The translations under genes and the position numbers were made by a program. Positions 38,922 through 49,157 of a stretch of DNA of 64,000 nt are shown here, one piece after another. Position 1 is the first letter of the stretch; every line of letters starts with the position of its first letter. Origin of the DNA: Gammaproteobacteria bacterium (GTDB taxonomy: Bacteria; Pseudomonadota; Gammaproteobacteria; G965277405); assembly GCA_965277405.1 (NCBI GenBank), contig OZ255726.1, positions 1,344,001 to 1,408,000 of the forward strand, read 5' to 3'. Under the pieces are notes generated by a model. It saw only the letters and a program-made list of their open reading frames with translations, was not told the DNA's origin and ran no database searches.

Positions 38922-40541
38922 ATGCGATTCGCTGTATTCCAAACCCCTTCAATTGTTGGTGATATATCAGCCAATACTGACGCTATTATCTCCGCACTCC
39001 AGCAGAGTAATGCCGAATGCTTGGTGTTTTCAGAGCTATTTTTAATTGGCTATCCTGCCGCAGATTTGTTGTTAGATAAAGGGTTAAAAACTGCAATCAG
39101 CAGCGCCTATGCTCAGCTACTCGCAGCCAGCAAGCAATACCCAAGCCAAGCCGTTGCAGTTGGTATGCCATGGTTTGATGCCGACGGAGATTTAGTCAAT
39201 GCCGCCGCGCTGTTCCATAACGGCACTGTGCAATGGCATTTTAAGCAGCATTTACCGAATCACGGAGTGTTTACCGAAAAACGCTATTTCCATTGCAAAT
39301 CAACAGGCCCAAGTATTTGGCAGCTGGGCGGGCTACGCCTCGCAGTTGGTATTTGTGAAGATTGCTGGCATCAAGCGTTCTTAGATGCGATGCCCAACAT
39401 TGCACCAGACATTGTCCTCACCATCAATGCATCGCCATACTTTCAAGGCAAGCAGCAATGGCGAACAGACATTATGCGTGCTGTTGCACAACGCACCAAC
39501 GCGCCAGTACTGTATGCCCATCGCAGCGGGGGGCATGACGAATGGGTATTTGACGGTAGCTCGTTTGTTGTGCAAAAAAATGGAGCCATCGCGACTGCAC
39601 CGCTCGAAGGTGGCGAACCGCTAACGTATGACTTTGACACAGATACCACCATCAATGCAGTAACGCCTATCGCATCCGCACTCCAACTCAATTACGAAAT
39701 ACTCAAAATTGGCTTGCGCGAATTTACTAAAACCAATGGCTTTACAGCAGTGCTGATTGGGGTTTCTGGCGGTATTGACTCGGCATTAACGCTGGCAATT
39801 GCAGTCGATGCACTCGGCGCGGAAAATGTCCATGGCTACATGCTACCGTATATCTACACGTCTGCCGAGAGCAAATCCGACGCGCAGGCATTGGCAGATA
39901 ACCTTGGTGTTACCTTGCAAACCATTGCCATCGCAGCCTTGGTCGAGGCTAGCAATGGCTGTGTCGCTGATCAGTTGCATACCGCCACGCCTGGATCAAT
40001 TGCCCGCATGCAACAAAACATTCAAGCGCGCGCGCGCGCGCAAATATTAATGAGTCTCGCCAATGCCCATGGGCATCTGTTGTTAGCCACAGGCAACAAA
40101 AGCGAAATGGCGATGGGCTATGCAACGATGTACGGAGATATGGCCGGCGGGTTTAATATCATCAAAGACTTACTCAAAACACAGGTATACGAACTCTCGC
40201 ATTGGGTCAACCGCCAGCACGAGATTATTCCACATAATATTCTTACCCGCCCGCCGTCTGCCGAGCTTGCCCCAAATCAGCGCGACGACGACACCTTGCC
40301 GCCGTACGCTGTGCTCGACCCAATCATCAGACTGCTGGTTGAACAGCAACAAACTCCCACAGCAATTGCCCAAGCAACAGGTACACCACGCGCCACGATA
40401 GACCAAGTCATTACCATGCTCAATCAAAGCGAATTTAAACGCAGCCAAGCAGCGCCAGGGGTGAGAATATCCAAACGTGCATTTGGTCAAGAATGGCGGA
40501 TGCCGATATCCAAAGGCAGGAATATATTTAGTAAAGGGTGA
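38922..40541 (+). CDS. nadE: Glutamine-dependent NAD+ synthetase
   Basis: Nitrilase triad (SELF, KQHLPN, ICED) plus synthetase motifs SGGIDS, NIQAR, TGNKSE, GYATMYGD, PSAEL. Confidence 0.92.
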   Translation: MRFAVFQTPSIVGDISANTDAIISALQQSNAECLVFSELFLIGYPAADLLLDKGLKTAISSAYAQLLAASKQYPSQAVAVGMPWFDADGDLVNAAALFHNGTVQWHFKQHLPNHGVFTEKRYFHCKSTGPSIWQLGGLRLAVGICEDCWHQAFLDAMPNIAPDIVLTINASPYFQGKQQWRTDIMRAVAQRTNAPVLYAHRSGGHDEWVFDGSSFVVQKNGAIATAPLEGGEPLTYDFDTDTTINAVTPIASALQLNYEILKIGLREFTKTNGFTAVLIGVSGGIDSALTLAIAVDALGAENVHGYMLPYIYTSAESKSDAQALADNLGVTLQTIAIAALVEASNGCVADQLHTATPGSIARMQQNIQARARAQILMSLANAHGHLLLATGNKSEMAMGYATMYGDMAGGFNIIKDLLKTQVYELSHWVNRQHEIIPHNILTRPPSAELAPNQRDDDTLPPYAVLDPIIRLLVEQQQTPTAIAQATGTPRATIDQVITMLNQSEFKRSQAAPGVRISKRAFGQEWRMPISKGRNIFSKG

Positions 40542-40548
40542 TGATTAG

Positions 40549-40833
40549 GGAAGCTCTGATTAAGTCCATGATGGGCGAGACGGAGAAAAAACGCTGATGA
40601 TAACTAGACGCAGTGCGCAGATAATACTGGTGGTATTATCAAGTGCTGCAACGACGTTAGCGCAGCGTTTTTTCCCGGCCTTCTATTGAATAGATGATGG
40701 TTTGCCTACAAGCGGTACTTGCTGTGTTGCATCCCTTGGCGTATATGCTACGGCATGCGCCTGCGGAATGCGCCTTGCAATCATCAGCAATTGCAGGCAA
40801 ACTCGCTTCATCAGCGACTTAATCAGAGCTTCC
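40549..40833 (+). mobile_element. MITE copy, first element of the stacked array
   Basis: Full TIRs with TTAG on both sides. Confidence 0.87.
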
Positions 40834-40837
40834 TTAG

Positions 40838-42076
40838 GGAAGCTCTGATTAAGACGCTCATATACTCCAATAACTCGCATATACTCCAAAAAAATAATAG
40901 CAATAATTTTCAATGGTCAATATTTGATCATTTCGCTGATCTTCGTGTTGCTGTTTTACTGTTTTTTTACTGTTTTTTACTGTTTTTTACTGTTTTTCTT
41001 GTTTTTTACTGTTTTTCTTGATCTTTGGGCGGTTCTATCCTGTTAGCCGTCCTCGAAACATGTATAAGTTCGTCAATGCAAGCAAAGAAAATACTTGTAC
41101 TCGATTCTTTTCTAGTCCTTTGTAGCGAGCTTTCTTATAACCAAACTGACATTTGATTACCCGAAAACAGTGCTCAATCCGGGCGCGCACCTTAGAGTTC
41201 TGTCTATTGCGTTTGCGCTGCGAGCCGCTCATTTGCTGCTTTGGTTTACGTTTATCATTCACGCGCCAATCTATCCCAAGGTGACGCGAGCCGCGTTTAT
41301 AACTGTCGCTCGTATATCCTGCATCGGCAAAGATAACCTTATCTGTTTCACGCAGCAATTTTGGGAGTTCATTGATGTCAGCTTCATTCGCGGCTGTCAC
41401 TGTCGCGCTATGAATCATATTGCTATTAGCGTCAGTTCCTATATGAATCTTCATGCCAAAATACCACTGATTGCCTTTCCTTGTTTGATGCATTTCAGGA
41501 TCACGGGCTTTCTCTTTATTCTTCGTAGATGATGGTGCATGGATGATCGTGGCATCAACCATCGACCCTTGTGAGATTATTATATTATTTTCCATACAAT
41601 ACTCATTCACCACAGCAAGTATCTTGACGCTGAGTTGATGCTTTTCTATGATCCTGCGGAAGTTCAAGATGGTAGTTTCATCAGGGATGGCATCGTCTAT
41701 CAGCTCTATATGGGCAAAACGCCGCATGCTTTCCATGTCATATAGTGCTTCTTCTACCCCTGGGTCTGATAAGTTGTACCATTGCTGTAAACAATAAACG
41801 CGTAACATGGTCTGCATATTAATTGGTGGGCGGCCATTCCCTTTCTTGGGATAATGCGGTTCTATTAACGCTAACAACCGTTGCCATGGAGCTAATTTGT
41901 CCATCGACTGCAAGAATTTTTCACGTTTTGTTGTTACTTTCTTGTGGTCGTATGCAGCACTGGCAAAAGTTGTTTGTTTCATAAGATTATCCGCTTATTC
42001 AAATATTCAAATAGATTCACCATTGTATATCTTTGTAGCTGATATTGCTGTTGTTTGGGACTTAATCAGAGATTCC
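40838..42076 (-). mobile_element. IS5-family insertion sequence, apparently intact
   Basis: TIRs, TTAG on both sides, uninterrupted transposase. Confidence 0.92.
41035..41982 (-). CDS. IS5-family DDE transposase (315 aa)
   Basis: IPDETTILNFR, VDATII, GNQWYFGMKIHIG, FADAGY, RARIEHCF, ARYKGL. Confidence 0.93.
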   Translation of the reverse strand: MKQTTFASAAYDHKKVTTKREKFLQSMDKLAPWQRLLALIEPHYPKKGNGRPPINMQTMLRVYCLQQWYNLSDPGVEEALYDMESMRRFAHIELIDDAIPDETTILNFRRIIEKHQLSVKILAVVNEYCMENNIIISQGSMVDATIIHAPSSTKNKEKARDPEMHQTRKGNQWYFGMKIHIGTDANSNMIHSATVTAANEADINELPKLLRETDKVIFADAGYTSDSYKRGSRHLGIDWRVNDKRKPKQQMSGSQRKRNRQNSKVRARIEHCFRVIKCQFGYKKARYKGLEKNRVQVFSLLALTNLYMFRGRLTG

Positions 42077-42080
42077 TTAG

Positions 42081-42361
42081 ATAAACTCTGAAAAACTCGC
42101 TGATGGAGCGAGTTCGCTAGAAAATTATAATGATTGCACGGCGCGGCTTGCGTCCGTATGCCGTAGCAATACGACAAAACCCGCAACACAGCAAGCACGT
42201 AATTTTCTGCGAATCCTTGAGGAACGGGAACAAACGCTGCTCTCCGTCGTTGCAGCACTTGGCAATACCCACAAGACCCACCAGTGTTAGCTGCGCACTG
42301 CGCTTAAGTTTCATCAGCGTTTTTCTCCGTCCCGCCCATCATGGAATTAATCAGAGCTTCC
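42081..42361 (-). mobile_element. Diverged MITE copy with a degenerate left TIR
   Basis: ACTCGCTGATGGAGCGAG...CGTTGCAGCACTTGG...CATGGAATTAATCAGAGCTTCC. Confidence 0.75.
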
Positions 42362-42365
42362 CTAA

Positions 42366-43577
42366 GGAATCTCTGATTAAGACTCGCATATATTCCAATA
42401 ACTCGCATATACTCCAAAAAAGTAATAGCAATAATTTTCAATGGTCAATATTTGACCATTTCGCAGATCTTCTGTTGCTGTTTTACTGTTTTTTACTGTT
42501 TTCTATTGTTTTTCTTGAATTTTGGGCGGTTCTATCCTGTTAGTCGTCCTCGCAGCATGTATAAGTTCGTCAATGCAAGCAAAGAAAATACTTGTACTCG
42601 ATTCTTTTCTAGTCCTTTGTAGCGAGCTTTCTTATAACCAAACTGACATTTGATTACCCGAAAACAGTGCTCAATCCGGGCGCGCACCTTAGAGTTCTGT
42701 CTATTGCGTTTGCGCTGCGAGCCGCTCATTTGCTGCTTTGGTTTACGTTTATCGTTCACGCGCCAATGTATCCCAAGGTGACGCGAGCCGCGTTTATAAC
42801 TGTCGCTCGTATATCCTGCATCGGCAAAGATAACCTTGTCTGTTTCACGCAGCAATTTTGGGAGTTCATTGATGTCCGCTTCATTCGCGGCTGTGGTGGT
42901 GGGCATTGCCGCGCTATGAATCATATTGCTATTAGCGTCAGTTCCTATATGAATCTTCATGCCAAAATACCACTGCTTGCCTTTCCTTGTTTGCTGCATT
43001 TCAGGATCACGGGCTTTCTCTTTATTCTTCGTAGACGACGGTGCATGGATGATCGTGGCATCAACCATCATCCCTTGTGAGATTGTTATATTATTTTCCA
43101 TACAATACTCATTCACCACAGCAAGTATCTTGACGCTGAGTTGATGTTTTTCTATGATCCTGCGGGCAAAGTTCAAGATGGTGGTTTCATCAGGGATGGC
43201 ATCGTCTATCAGCTCTATATGGGCAAAACGCCGCATGCTTTCCATGTCATATAGTGCTTCTGCTACCCCTGGGTCTGATAAGTTGTACCATTGCTGTAAA
43301 AAATAAATGCGTAACATGGTCTGCATATTAATCGGTGGGCGGCCATTCCCTTTCTTGGGATAATGCGGTTCTATTAACTCTAACAACTGTTGCCATGGAG
43401 CTAATTTGTCCATTAACTGCAAGAATTTTTCACGTTTTGTTGTTACTTTCTTGTGGTCGTATGCAGCACTGGCAAAAGTTGTTTGTTTCATAAGATTATC
43501 CGCTTATTCAAATAGATTCACCATTGTATATCTTTGTAGCTGATATTGCTGTTGTTTGGGACTTAATCAGAGCTTCC
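42366..43577 (-). mobile_element. IS5-family insertion sequence
   Basis: TIRs; open 319-aa transposase. Confidence 0.9.
42532..43491 (-). CDS. IS5-family transposase (319 aa, with in-frame +1 aa and +3 aa insertions)
   Basis: Same motifs as 41035-41982; NFARR and SAAMPTTTAANE variants. Confidence 0.88.
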   Translation of the reverse strand: MKQTTFASAAYDHKKVTTKREKFLQLMDKLAPWQQLLELIEPHYPKKGNGRPPINMQTMLRIYFLQQWYNLSDPGVAEALYDMESMRRFAHIELIDDAIPDETTILNFARRIIEKHQLSVKILAVVNEYCMENNITISQGMMVDATIIHAPSSTKNKEKARDPEMQQTRKGKQWYFGMKIHIGTDANSNMIHSAAMPTTTAANEADINELPKLLRETDKVIFADAGYTSDSYKRGSRHLGIHWRVNDKRKPKQQMSGSQRKRNRQNSKVRARIEHCFRVIKCQFGYKKARYKGLEKNRVQVFSLLALTNLYMLRGRLTG

Positions 43578-43671
43578 TTAGGGAAGCTCTGATTCCGCTG
43601 CTGCAGCATTGACTTTGTTGCTTGGCAAAATATGCTATATATCAATTTTAATAACTTGAGTTGTAGGGGTA

Positions 43672-44973
43672 ATGTCAATAACGATTCAATCTATCAATGT
43701 CAAGGATATACGTTTTCCTACGTCGTTGCTGCTCGACGGTTCCGATGCGGTCAACAAAGACCCTGATTATTCAGCGACATATGTAACATTGCATACGAGT
43801 GATGCGGCATTAACTGGGCATTCGTTGATTTTCACTATCGGTCGTGGCAATGACATTTGTTGCCATGCTGTTGAGGCGATGCGTCATTTAATTATTGGTC
43901 AGGAGTTAGAGGCAATTCGTGACGATATGCCTAGTTTTTTTGCCCATATGCATTCAGATAGCCAGTTGCGTTGGTTAGGCCCAGAAAAAGGCGTGGTGCA
44001 TATGGCAATGGGGGCGATAATCAATGCTGTCTGGGATTTGCTAGCAAAAATAGCGCAACAACCGTTATGGCGTTACTTGAGTGATATGCACACAGAGGAG
44101 TTTGTTGACTGTGTTGATTTTCGCTATTTGAGCGATGCGATCACTCGCGATGAAGCGTTGACAATGGTCGATGCCAACCAGTCCACAAAAGCGCAGCGTA
44201 TTAATTTGCTCGAGCAACATGGGTATCCAGCATATACAACAAGCGCAGGTTGGTTGGGCTATAGTGATGAAAAAATGCAACGTATCTGCGAGCAAGCTGT
44301 TAAAGATGGTTGGAATTATATAAAAATAAAAGTCGGTTTAGATAAGGAAGATGACTTGCGCCGTTGCAAAATTATCCGCAACATCATTGGTGACCAACGC
44401 CATTTGATGATTGATGCCAATCAAATTTGGGATGTGCAGCAGGCGATTGACTGGGTGAAATACTTACAAGAAACCAAGCCGCTATTTATTGAAGAACCAA
44501 CCAGCCCTGATGATATTTTTGGGCATAAAAAAATTAAAGAAGCTGTCGCGCCGACAAGCATTGCGACTGGTGAGCATTGTCACAATCGGGTGATGTTTAA
44601 GCAGTTTATTCAAAACGATGCATTGGATTTTGTGCAAATAGATGCAACAAGATTAGGTGGTGTTAACGAAATTCTAGCGGTATATTTGCTCGCGGCAAAA
44701 TACAACAAACCAGTATGTCCTCATGCTGGAGGTGTGGGTTTATGCCAATACGTCCAGCATTTATCGATGATAGATTTTGTGCAAATATCGGCGACAACTG
44801 CAAACCGTGTTGTCGAATACGTCAGCCATTTAGCAGAGCATTTTAAAACACCGTGCCGTATTAAAAATGGCGCATATGTTGCGCCAACTGAATCGGGATA
44901 TAGTATTGAAATGCACGAACAGTCTGTTGCTAAATATCTGTATCCAACAGGAAATATTTGGCAGCTTCCTTAG
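43672..44973 (+). CDS. fucD: L-fuconate dehydratase (enolase superfamily)
   Basis: DIRFPTS, GSDAVNKDPDYS, FTIGRGN, DSQLRWLGPEKGVVH, YTTSAGWLGY, DANQ, EEPTSPDD, CPHAGGVGLC. Confidence 0.9.
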   Translation: MSITIQSINVKDIRFPTSLLLDGSDAVNKDPDYSATYVTLHTSDAALTGHSLIFTIGRGNDICCHAVEAMRHLIIGQELEAIRDDMPSFFAHMHSDSQLRWLGPEKGVVHMAMGAIINAVWDLLAKIAQQPLWRYLSDMHTEEFVDCVDFRYLSDAITRDEALTMVDANQSTKAQRINLLEQHGYPAYTTSAGWLGYSDEKMQRICEQAVKDGWNYIKIKVGLDKEDDLRRCKIIRNIIGDQRHLMIDANQIWDVQQAIDWVKYLQETKPLFIEEPTSPDDIFGHKKIKEAVAPTSIATGEHCHNRVMFKQFIQNDALDFVQIDATRLGGVNEILAVYLLAAKYNKPVCPHAGGVGLCQYVQHLSMIDFVQISATTANRVVEYVSHLAEHFKTPCRIKNGAYVAPTESGYSIEMHEQSVAKYLYPTGNIWQLP

Positions 44974-44974
44974 T

Positions 44975-45289
44975 TTAGATTCGCAAATCTTCTAAATTTT
45001 TGCCTTTTGCCAATTGAGCTAAAACCCAGCTAGGTTTGTTTCCCCTTCCTACCCACTTTTCATTTTCGTTATCAGGATTTTGGTATTTTGGTTGTATCGT
45101 GCGTTTTCGTGGTTTAGCAACTTCTTCCATGATGTATTCAACAGGGATATTCAAGGCTGCTGCCCTAGCTCTAATTTCATCAATGAGTTTGGCTTTTTCA
45201 ACTTCCATCCTGCTTTGCAATTCGATGTCAAGATCAGCTATCAGGCTGATTATTTCTTCTGTTTTAAGCTCTTTGACTTGGAGGTTCAT
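44975..45289 (-). CDS. H-NS family nucleoid-associated protein
   Basis: N-terminal coiled coil plus PKYQNP...KWVGRGNKPSW DNA-binding motif. Confidence 0.82.
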   Translation of the reverse strand: MNLQVKELKTEEIISLIADLDIELQSRMEVEKAKLIDEIRARAAALNIPVEYIMEEVAKPRKRTIQPKYQNPDNENEKWVGRGNKPSWVLAQLAKGKNLEDLRI

Positions 45290-45484
45290 TGTTGTAGTTG
45301 CTCGCTGAGGTTATTGGTGATTACGCTATTGTATAGACATATCGCCGATATAGCTAGGCGGATTGCAATCGCTAGCGCGACATTCCATAATTATGCAGCT
45401 AAACGCATAGTATCATACTCTTCATTTGCCGTGTTCCCCCGTCAAAAGGCCTGGTTGCAAGAGCTAGCACGCAGTCTCCGCTAA

Positions 45485-46696
45485 GGAATCTCTGATTAAG
45501 TCCCAAACAACAGCAATATCAGCTACAAAGATATACAATGGTGAATCTATTTGAATAAGCGGATAGTCTTATGAAACAAACAACTTTTGCCAGTGCTGCA
45601 TACGACCACAAGAAAGTAACAACAAAACGTGAAAAATTCTTGCAGTTAATGGACAAATTAGCTCCATGGCAACAGTTGTTAGAGTTAATAGAACCGCATT
45701 ATCCCAAGAAAGGGAATGGCCGCCCACCGATTAATATGCAGACCATGTTACGCATTTATTTTTTACAGCAATGGTACAACTTATCAGACCCAGGGGTAGA
45801 AGAAGCACTATATGACATGGAAAGCATGCGGCGTTTTGCCCATATAGAGCTGATAGACGATGCCATCCCTGCTGAAACTACCATCTTGAACTTGCCCGCA
45901 GGATCATAGAAAAACATCAACTCAGCGTCAAGATACTTGCTGGGGTGAATGACTATTGTATGGAAAATAATATAACAATCTCACCAGGGACGATGGTTGA
46001 TGCCACGATCATCCATGCACCATCATCTACGAAGAATAAAGAGAAAGCCCGTGATCCTGAAATGCATCAAACAAGGAAAGGCAAGCAGTGGTATTTTGGC
46101 ATGAAGATTCATATAGGAACTGACGCTAATAGCAATATGATTCATAGCGCTGCAATGCCTACCACCACAGCCGCGAATGAAGCTGACATCAATGAACTCC
46201 CAAAATTGCTGCGTGAAACAGATAAGGTCATCTTTGCCGATGCAGGATATACGAGCGACAGTTATAAACGCGGCTCGCGTCACCTTGGGATAGATTGGCG
46301 CGTGAATGATAAACGTAAACCAAAGCAGCAAATGAGCGGCTCGCAGCGCCAACGCAATACACAGAACTCTAAGGTGCGCGCCCGGATTGAGCACTGTTTT
46401 CGGGTAATCAAATGTCAGTTTGGTTATAAGAAAGCTCGCTACAAAGGACTAGAAAAGAATCGAGTACAAGTATTTTCTTTGCTGGCATTGACGAACTTAT
46501 ACATGCTGAGCGGACGACTAACAGGATAGAACCGCCCAAAATTCAAGAAAAACAGTAAAAAACAGTAAAAAACAGTAAAACAGCAACACGAAGATCAGCG
46601 AAATGATCAAATATTGACCATTGAAAATTATTGCTATTATTTTTTTGGAGTATATGCGAGTTATTGGAGTATATGCGAGTCTTAATCAGAGCTTCC
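45485..46696 (+). mobile_element. IS5-family insertion sequence with a frameshifted transposase
   Basis: TIRs with a perfect CTAA duplication; ORFs 45571-45909 and 45945-46529. Confidence 0.9.
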
Positions 46697-46782
46697 CTAA
46701 CAGCCTAGCAAGTGTTGTTTAACCTCACGCCAGCTGGTAGTGTCGGCGACTTAATCAGAGGGTTCATAGGCATTACAAAAAA

Positions 46783-47406
46783 CTATTTTGTTGCTGGCAC
46801 CATTGCAGCAGACAATACCACAACATCTGTAGTCGGTACGTCTTGGTGACCATTTTTGCTGCTAGTAGGTTGCTTGGCAATCAGGTCGATAACATCCATT
46901 CCTGCAATAATTTTACCAAATACGGCGTATCCATAGTCACGGCTACTATTATCTAAAAACGCATTATCGGCGACGTTGATAAAAAACTGAGATGTTGCAC
47001 TATCGACTGCCTGTGTGCGTGCCATTGATAGCATACCGCGTAGGTTTTTTAATCCGTTTTTAGCTTCGTTGCGAATCGGGTCGCGGGTTTTCTTTTGCTC
47101 AAAATTTGTTGTGAAACCGCCCATTTGCACCATGAAGTCCAGAATAACCCGGTGGGCGATGGTGTTATCATAAAAGCCATCATTGACATATTGTGCAAAG
47201 TTCGCGCTCGAAACTGGGGCGTTTTCATAGTCAAGTTCAATAATAAATGATCCGAGCGTGGTTGCAAACTTGACTTGACTTGGCTGTAGGTTGTTTGTAG
47301 CACTTGGCATTACTATTCCTTTAATGGTATTAAGAGTTTCTTCAACGTTGCAACCTGTCGATATAACTGTTAAAGCGGCGAAAATGAAGATTCGAAGTGT
47401 GGTCAT
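46783..47406 (-). CDS. Cyclophilin-type peptidyl-prolyl isomerase (PpiA-like, possible lipoprotein)
   Basis: [35 protein letters not shown]; N-terminal ISTGC. Confidence 0.88.
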   Translation of the reverse strand: MTTLRIFIFAALTVISTGCNVEETLNTIKGIVMPSATNNLQPSQVKFATTLGSFIIELDYENAPVSSANFAQYVNDGFYDNTIAHRVILDFMVQMGGFTTNFEQKKTRDPIRNEAKNGLKNLRGMLSMARTQAVDSATSQFFINVADNAFLDNSSRDYGYAVFGKIIAGMDVIDLIAKQPTSSKNGHQDVPTTDVVVLSAAMVPATK

Positions 47407-47545
47407 ATTTATAATGCTCGGTTGTCAATTTAATGCGTATTGCGATTTGGATTGTACAAACACTTGCTGCGTTGTGTTTGTTTTTCCAAGACATTTATGC
47501 CTGTAGTGGGTGCTGACTGGGCTATACAGAGACGCCTGATAGAGT

Positions 47546-47596
47546 CGCCTTGCAATCATCAGCAATTGTAGCCAAACTCGCTCCATCAGAGCTTCC
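47546..47596 (+). mobile_element. MITE right-end fragment
   Basis: CGCCTTGCAATCATCAGCAATTG...AAACTCGCTCCATCAGAGCTTCC followed by TTAG. Confidence 0.7.
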
Positions 47597-47684
47597 TTAG
47601 ATGAAACTGCTCAAAAAAACATATTGAGTACACACAAGCAAGGCAACGTTTGGTAGCATTTCTTATTTTAACTCACCCTATTGT

Positions 47685-48815
47685 ATGATACCTCTGTCGA
47701 CTTACGCTGGACTGCTTGAACGTTACCGACCTTTTTTGATAATTGATCAAAATATTGTGCCAGTATCATTGTATGAAGGCAATACTCCGCTGCTACCATT
47801 ACTTAATATTCCACGAATCATAAAAAAAGACATACGTCTTTTTGCAAAAATAGAAGGCGCAAATCCAACTGGTTCATTTAAAGATCGTGGGATGACGGCC
47901 GTAATTACTCAAGCAATACGCGATGGTGCGTCTACGGTCGTCTGCGCTTCTACAGGAAATACCTCGGCATCGGCTGCTGCGTATGCTGCAAAAGCGGGGA
48001 TACGTTGTGTCGTGGTTATTCCAGAAAACAAAATTGCCTTAGGAAAACTCGCCCAAGCCATGATATATGGTGCCCAAGTTATTCAAATTAAAGGGGGGTT
48101 TGACGCAGCAATGGAGCTGGTCAAACTTTCTTGTGACCACCCAGAAGTCGTGTTGGTAAACTCGGTGAACCCATATCGGCTGCAAGGGCAAAAAACAATA
48201 GCCTTCGAAATCGTGGAAACGCTGGGCGATGCGCCAGACTACCATTATTTGCCAGTTGGCAATGCTGGCAATATTACTGCGCATTGGATGGGGTATTGTG
48301 AAGCTGCGGGTGAACGTCGTGCATATCCACCAGTTATTAAAGATTTTCACGAGTGGAAGGGTATGCAGTTAGCAAGTAATAGCAGCAAAATGCCTGTAAT
48401 GGTTGGGTATCAGGCCTGTGGCGCCGCTCCATTTGTTGATGGTGGTCCAATCGCTAGCCCAGAAACAATCGCCACTGCAATTCGAATAGGCAGGCCACAG
48501 TCATGGGATTATGCAATTGAAGCGGTTGATCAATCTAAAGGATGGTTTGCTGCCCAGCCGGATGCCAAAATATTGGCAGCACAAAAAATGCTCGCAACTT
48601 GCGAAGGAGTATTTTGTGAACCTGCTTCGGCTGTGAGTTTAGCTGGGCTTCTTGATGACTTGTCACATAATAAAATTACTGCAGGAAGCACGGTTGTGAT
48701 GACGCTAACAGGAAATGGGCTAAAAGATCCACAAATATGTATTGATACGGTCGACGTCAACACCATCAAAAGCATCAAGCCTGTAAAAGCAGAATTAGAG
48801 CCGTTTCTTATTTAA
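47685..48815 (+). CDS. thrC: Threonine synthase
   Basis: EGNTP, NPTGSFKDRG, CASTGNTS, NSVNPYR, PVGNAGNI, ETIATAIRIG, EPASA, TGNGLKDP. Confidence 0.92.
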   Translation: MIPLSTYAGLLERYRPFLIIDQNIVPVSLYEGNTPLLPLLNIPRIIKKDIRLFAKIEGANPTGSFKDRGMTAVITQAIRDGASTVVCASTGNTSASAAAYAAKAGIRCVVVIPENKIALGKLAQAMIYGAQVIQIKGGFDAAMELVKLSCDHPEVVLVNSVNPYRLQGQKTIAFEIVETLGDAPDYHYLPVGNAGNITAHWMGYCEAAGERRAYPPVIKDFHEWKGMQLASNSSKMPVMVGYQACGAAPFVDGGPIASPETIATAIRIGRPQSWDYAIEAVDQSKGWFAAQPDAKILAAQKMLATCEGVFCEPASAVSLAGLLDDLSHNKITAGSTVVMTLTGNGLKDPQICIDTVDVNTIKSIKPVKAELEPFLI

Positions 48816-48833
48816 AATTATTAGGAGTAGTGT

Positions 48834-49157
48834 ATGGCCACCATGGAAGTTACGACTGACACATTTGAGGAAGAAGTTATTGAACATAAAGACCAACTAG
48901 TCTTGGTAGATTTTTGGGCGTCATGGTGTGGCCCTTGCAAAACTATTGGTCCGATTGTCGAAAAGATTGCAGCACAAATGAGTGATAGTCTAAAAGTATG
49001 CAAAGTGAATGTTGAAGATAATCAAGAAATTGCAGGAAAATATAATGTGCGCGGTATTCCAACATTATTGTTGTTTAAAAATGGCGAGATTGTTGAAAGC
49101 CGCGTTGGTGCGGTGCCTGAAGAGGATATTCTCGGCATGGTTAAAGCGTATAGTTAA
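48834..49157 (+). CDS. trxA: Thioredoxin
   Basis: [18 protein letters not shown]. Confidence 0.95.
   Translation: MATMEVTTDTFEEEVIEHKDQLVLVDFWASWCGPCKTIGPIVEKIAAQMSDSLKVCKVNVEDNQEIAGKYNVRGIPTLLLFKNGEIVESRVGAVPEEDILGMVKAYS

Noticed and set aside
42366-46696. Composite transposon carrying fucD and the H-NS gene between inverted IS5 copies
   Set aside because: The right-hand IS (45485-46696) has its own perfect CTAA duplication, which fits an independent simple insertion; no evidence the unit moved together.
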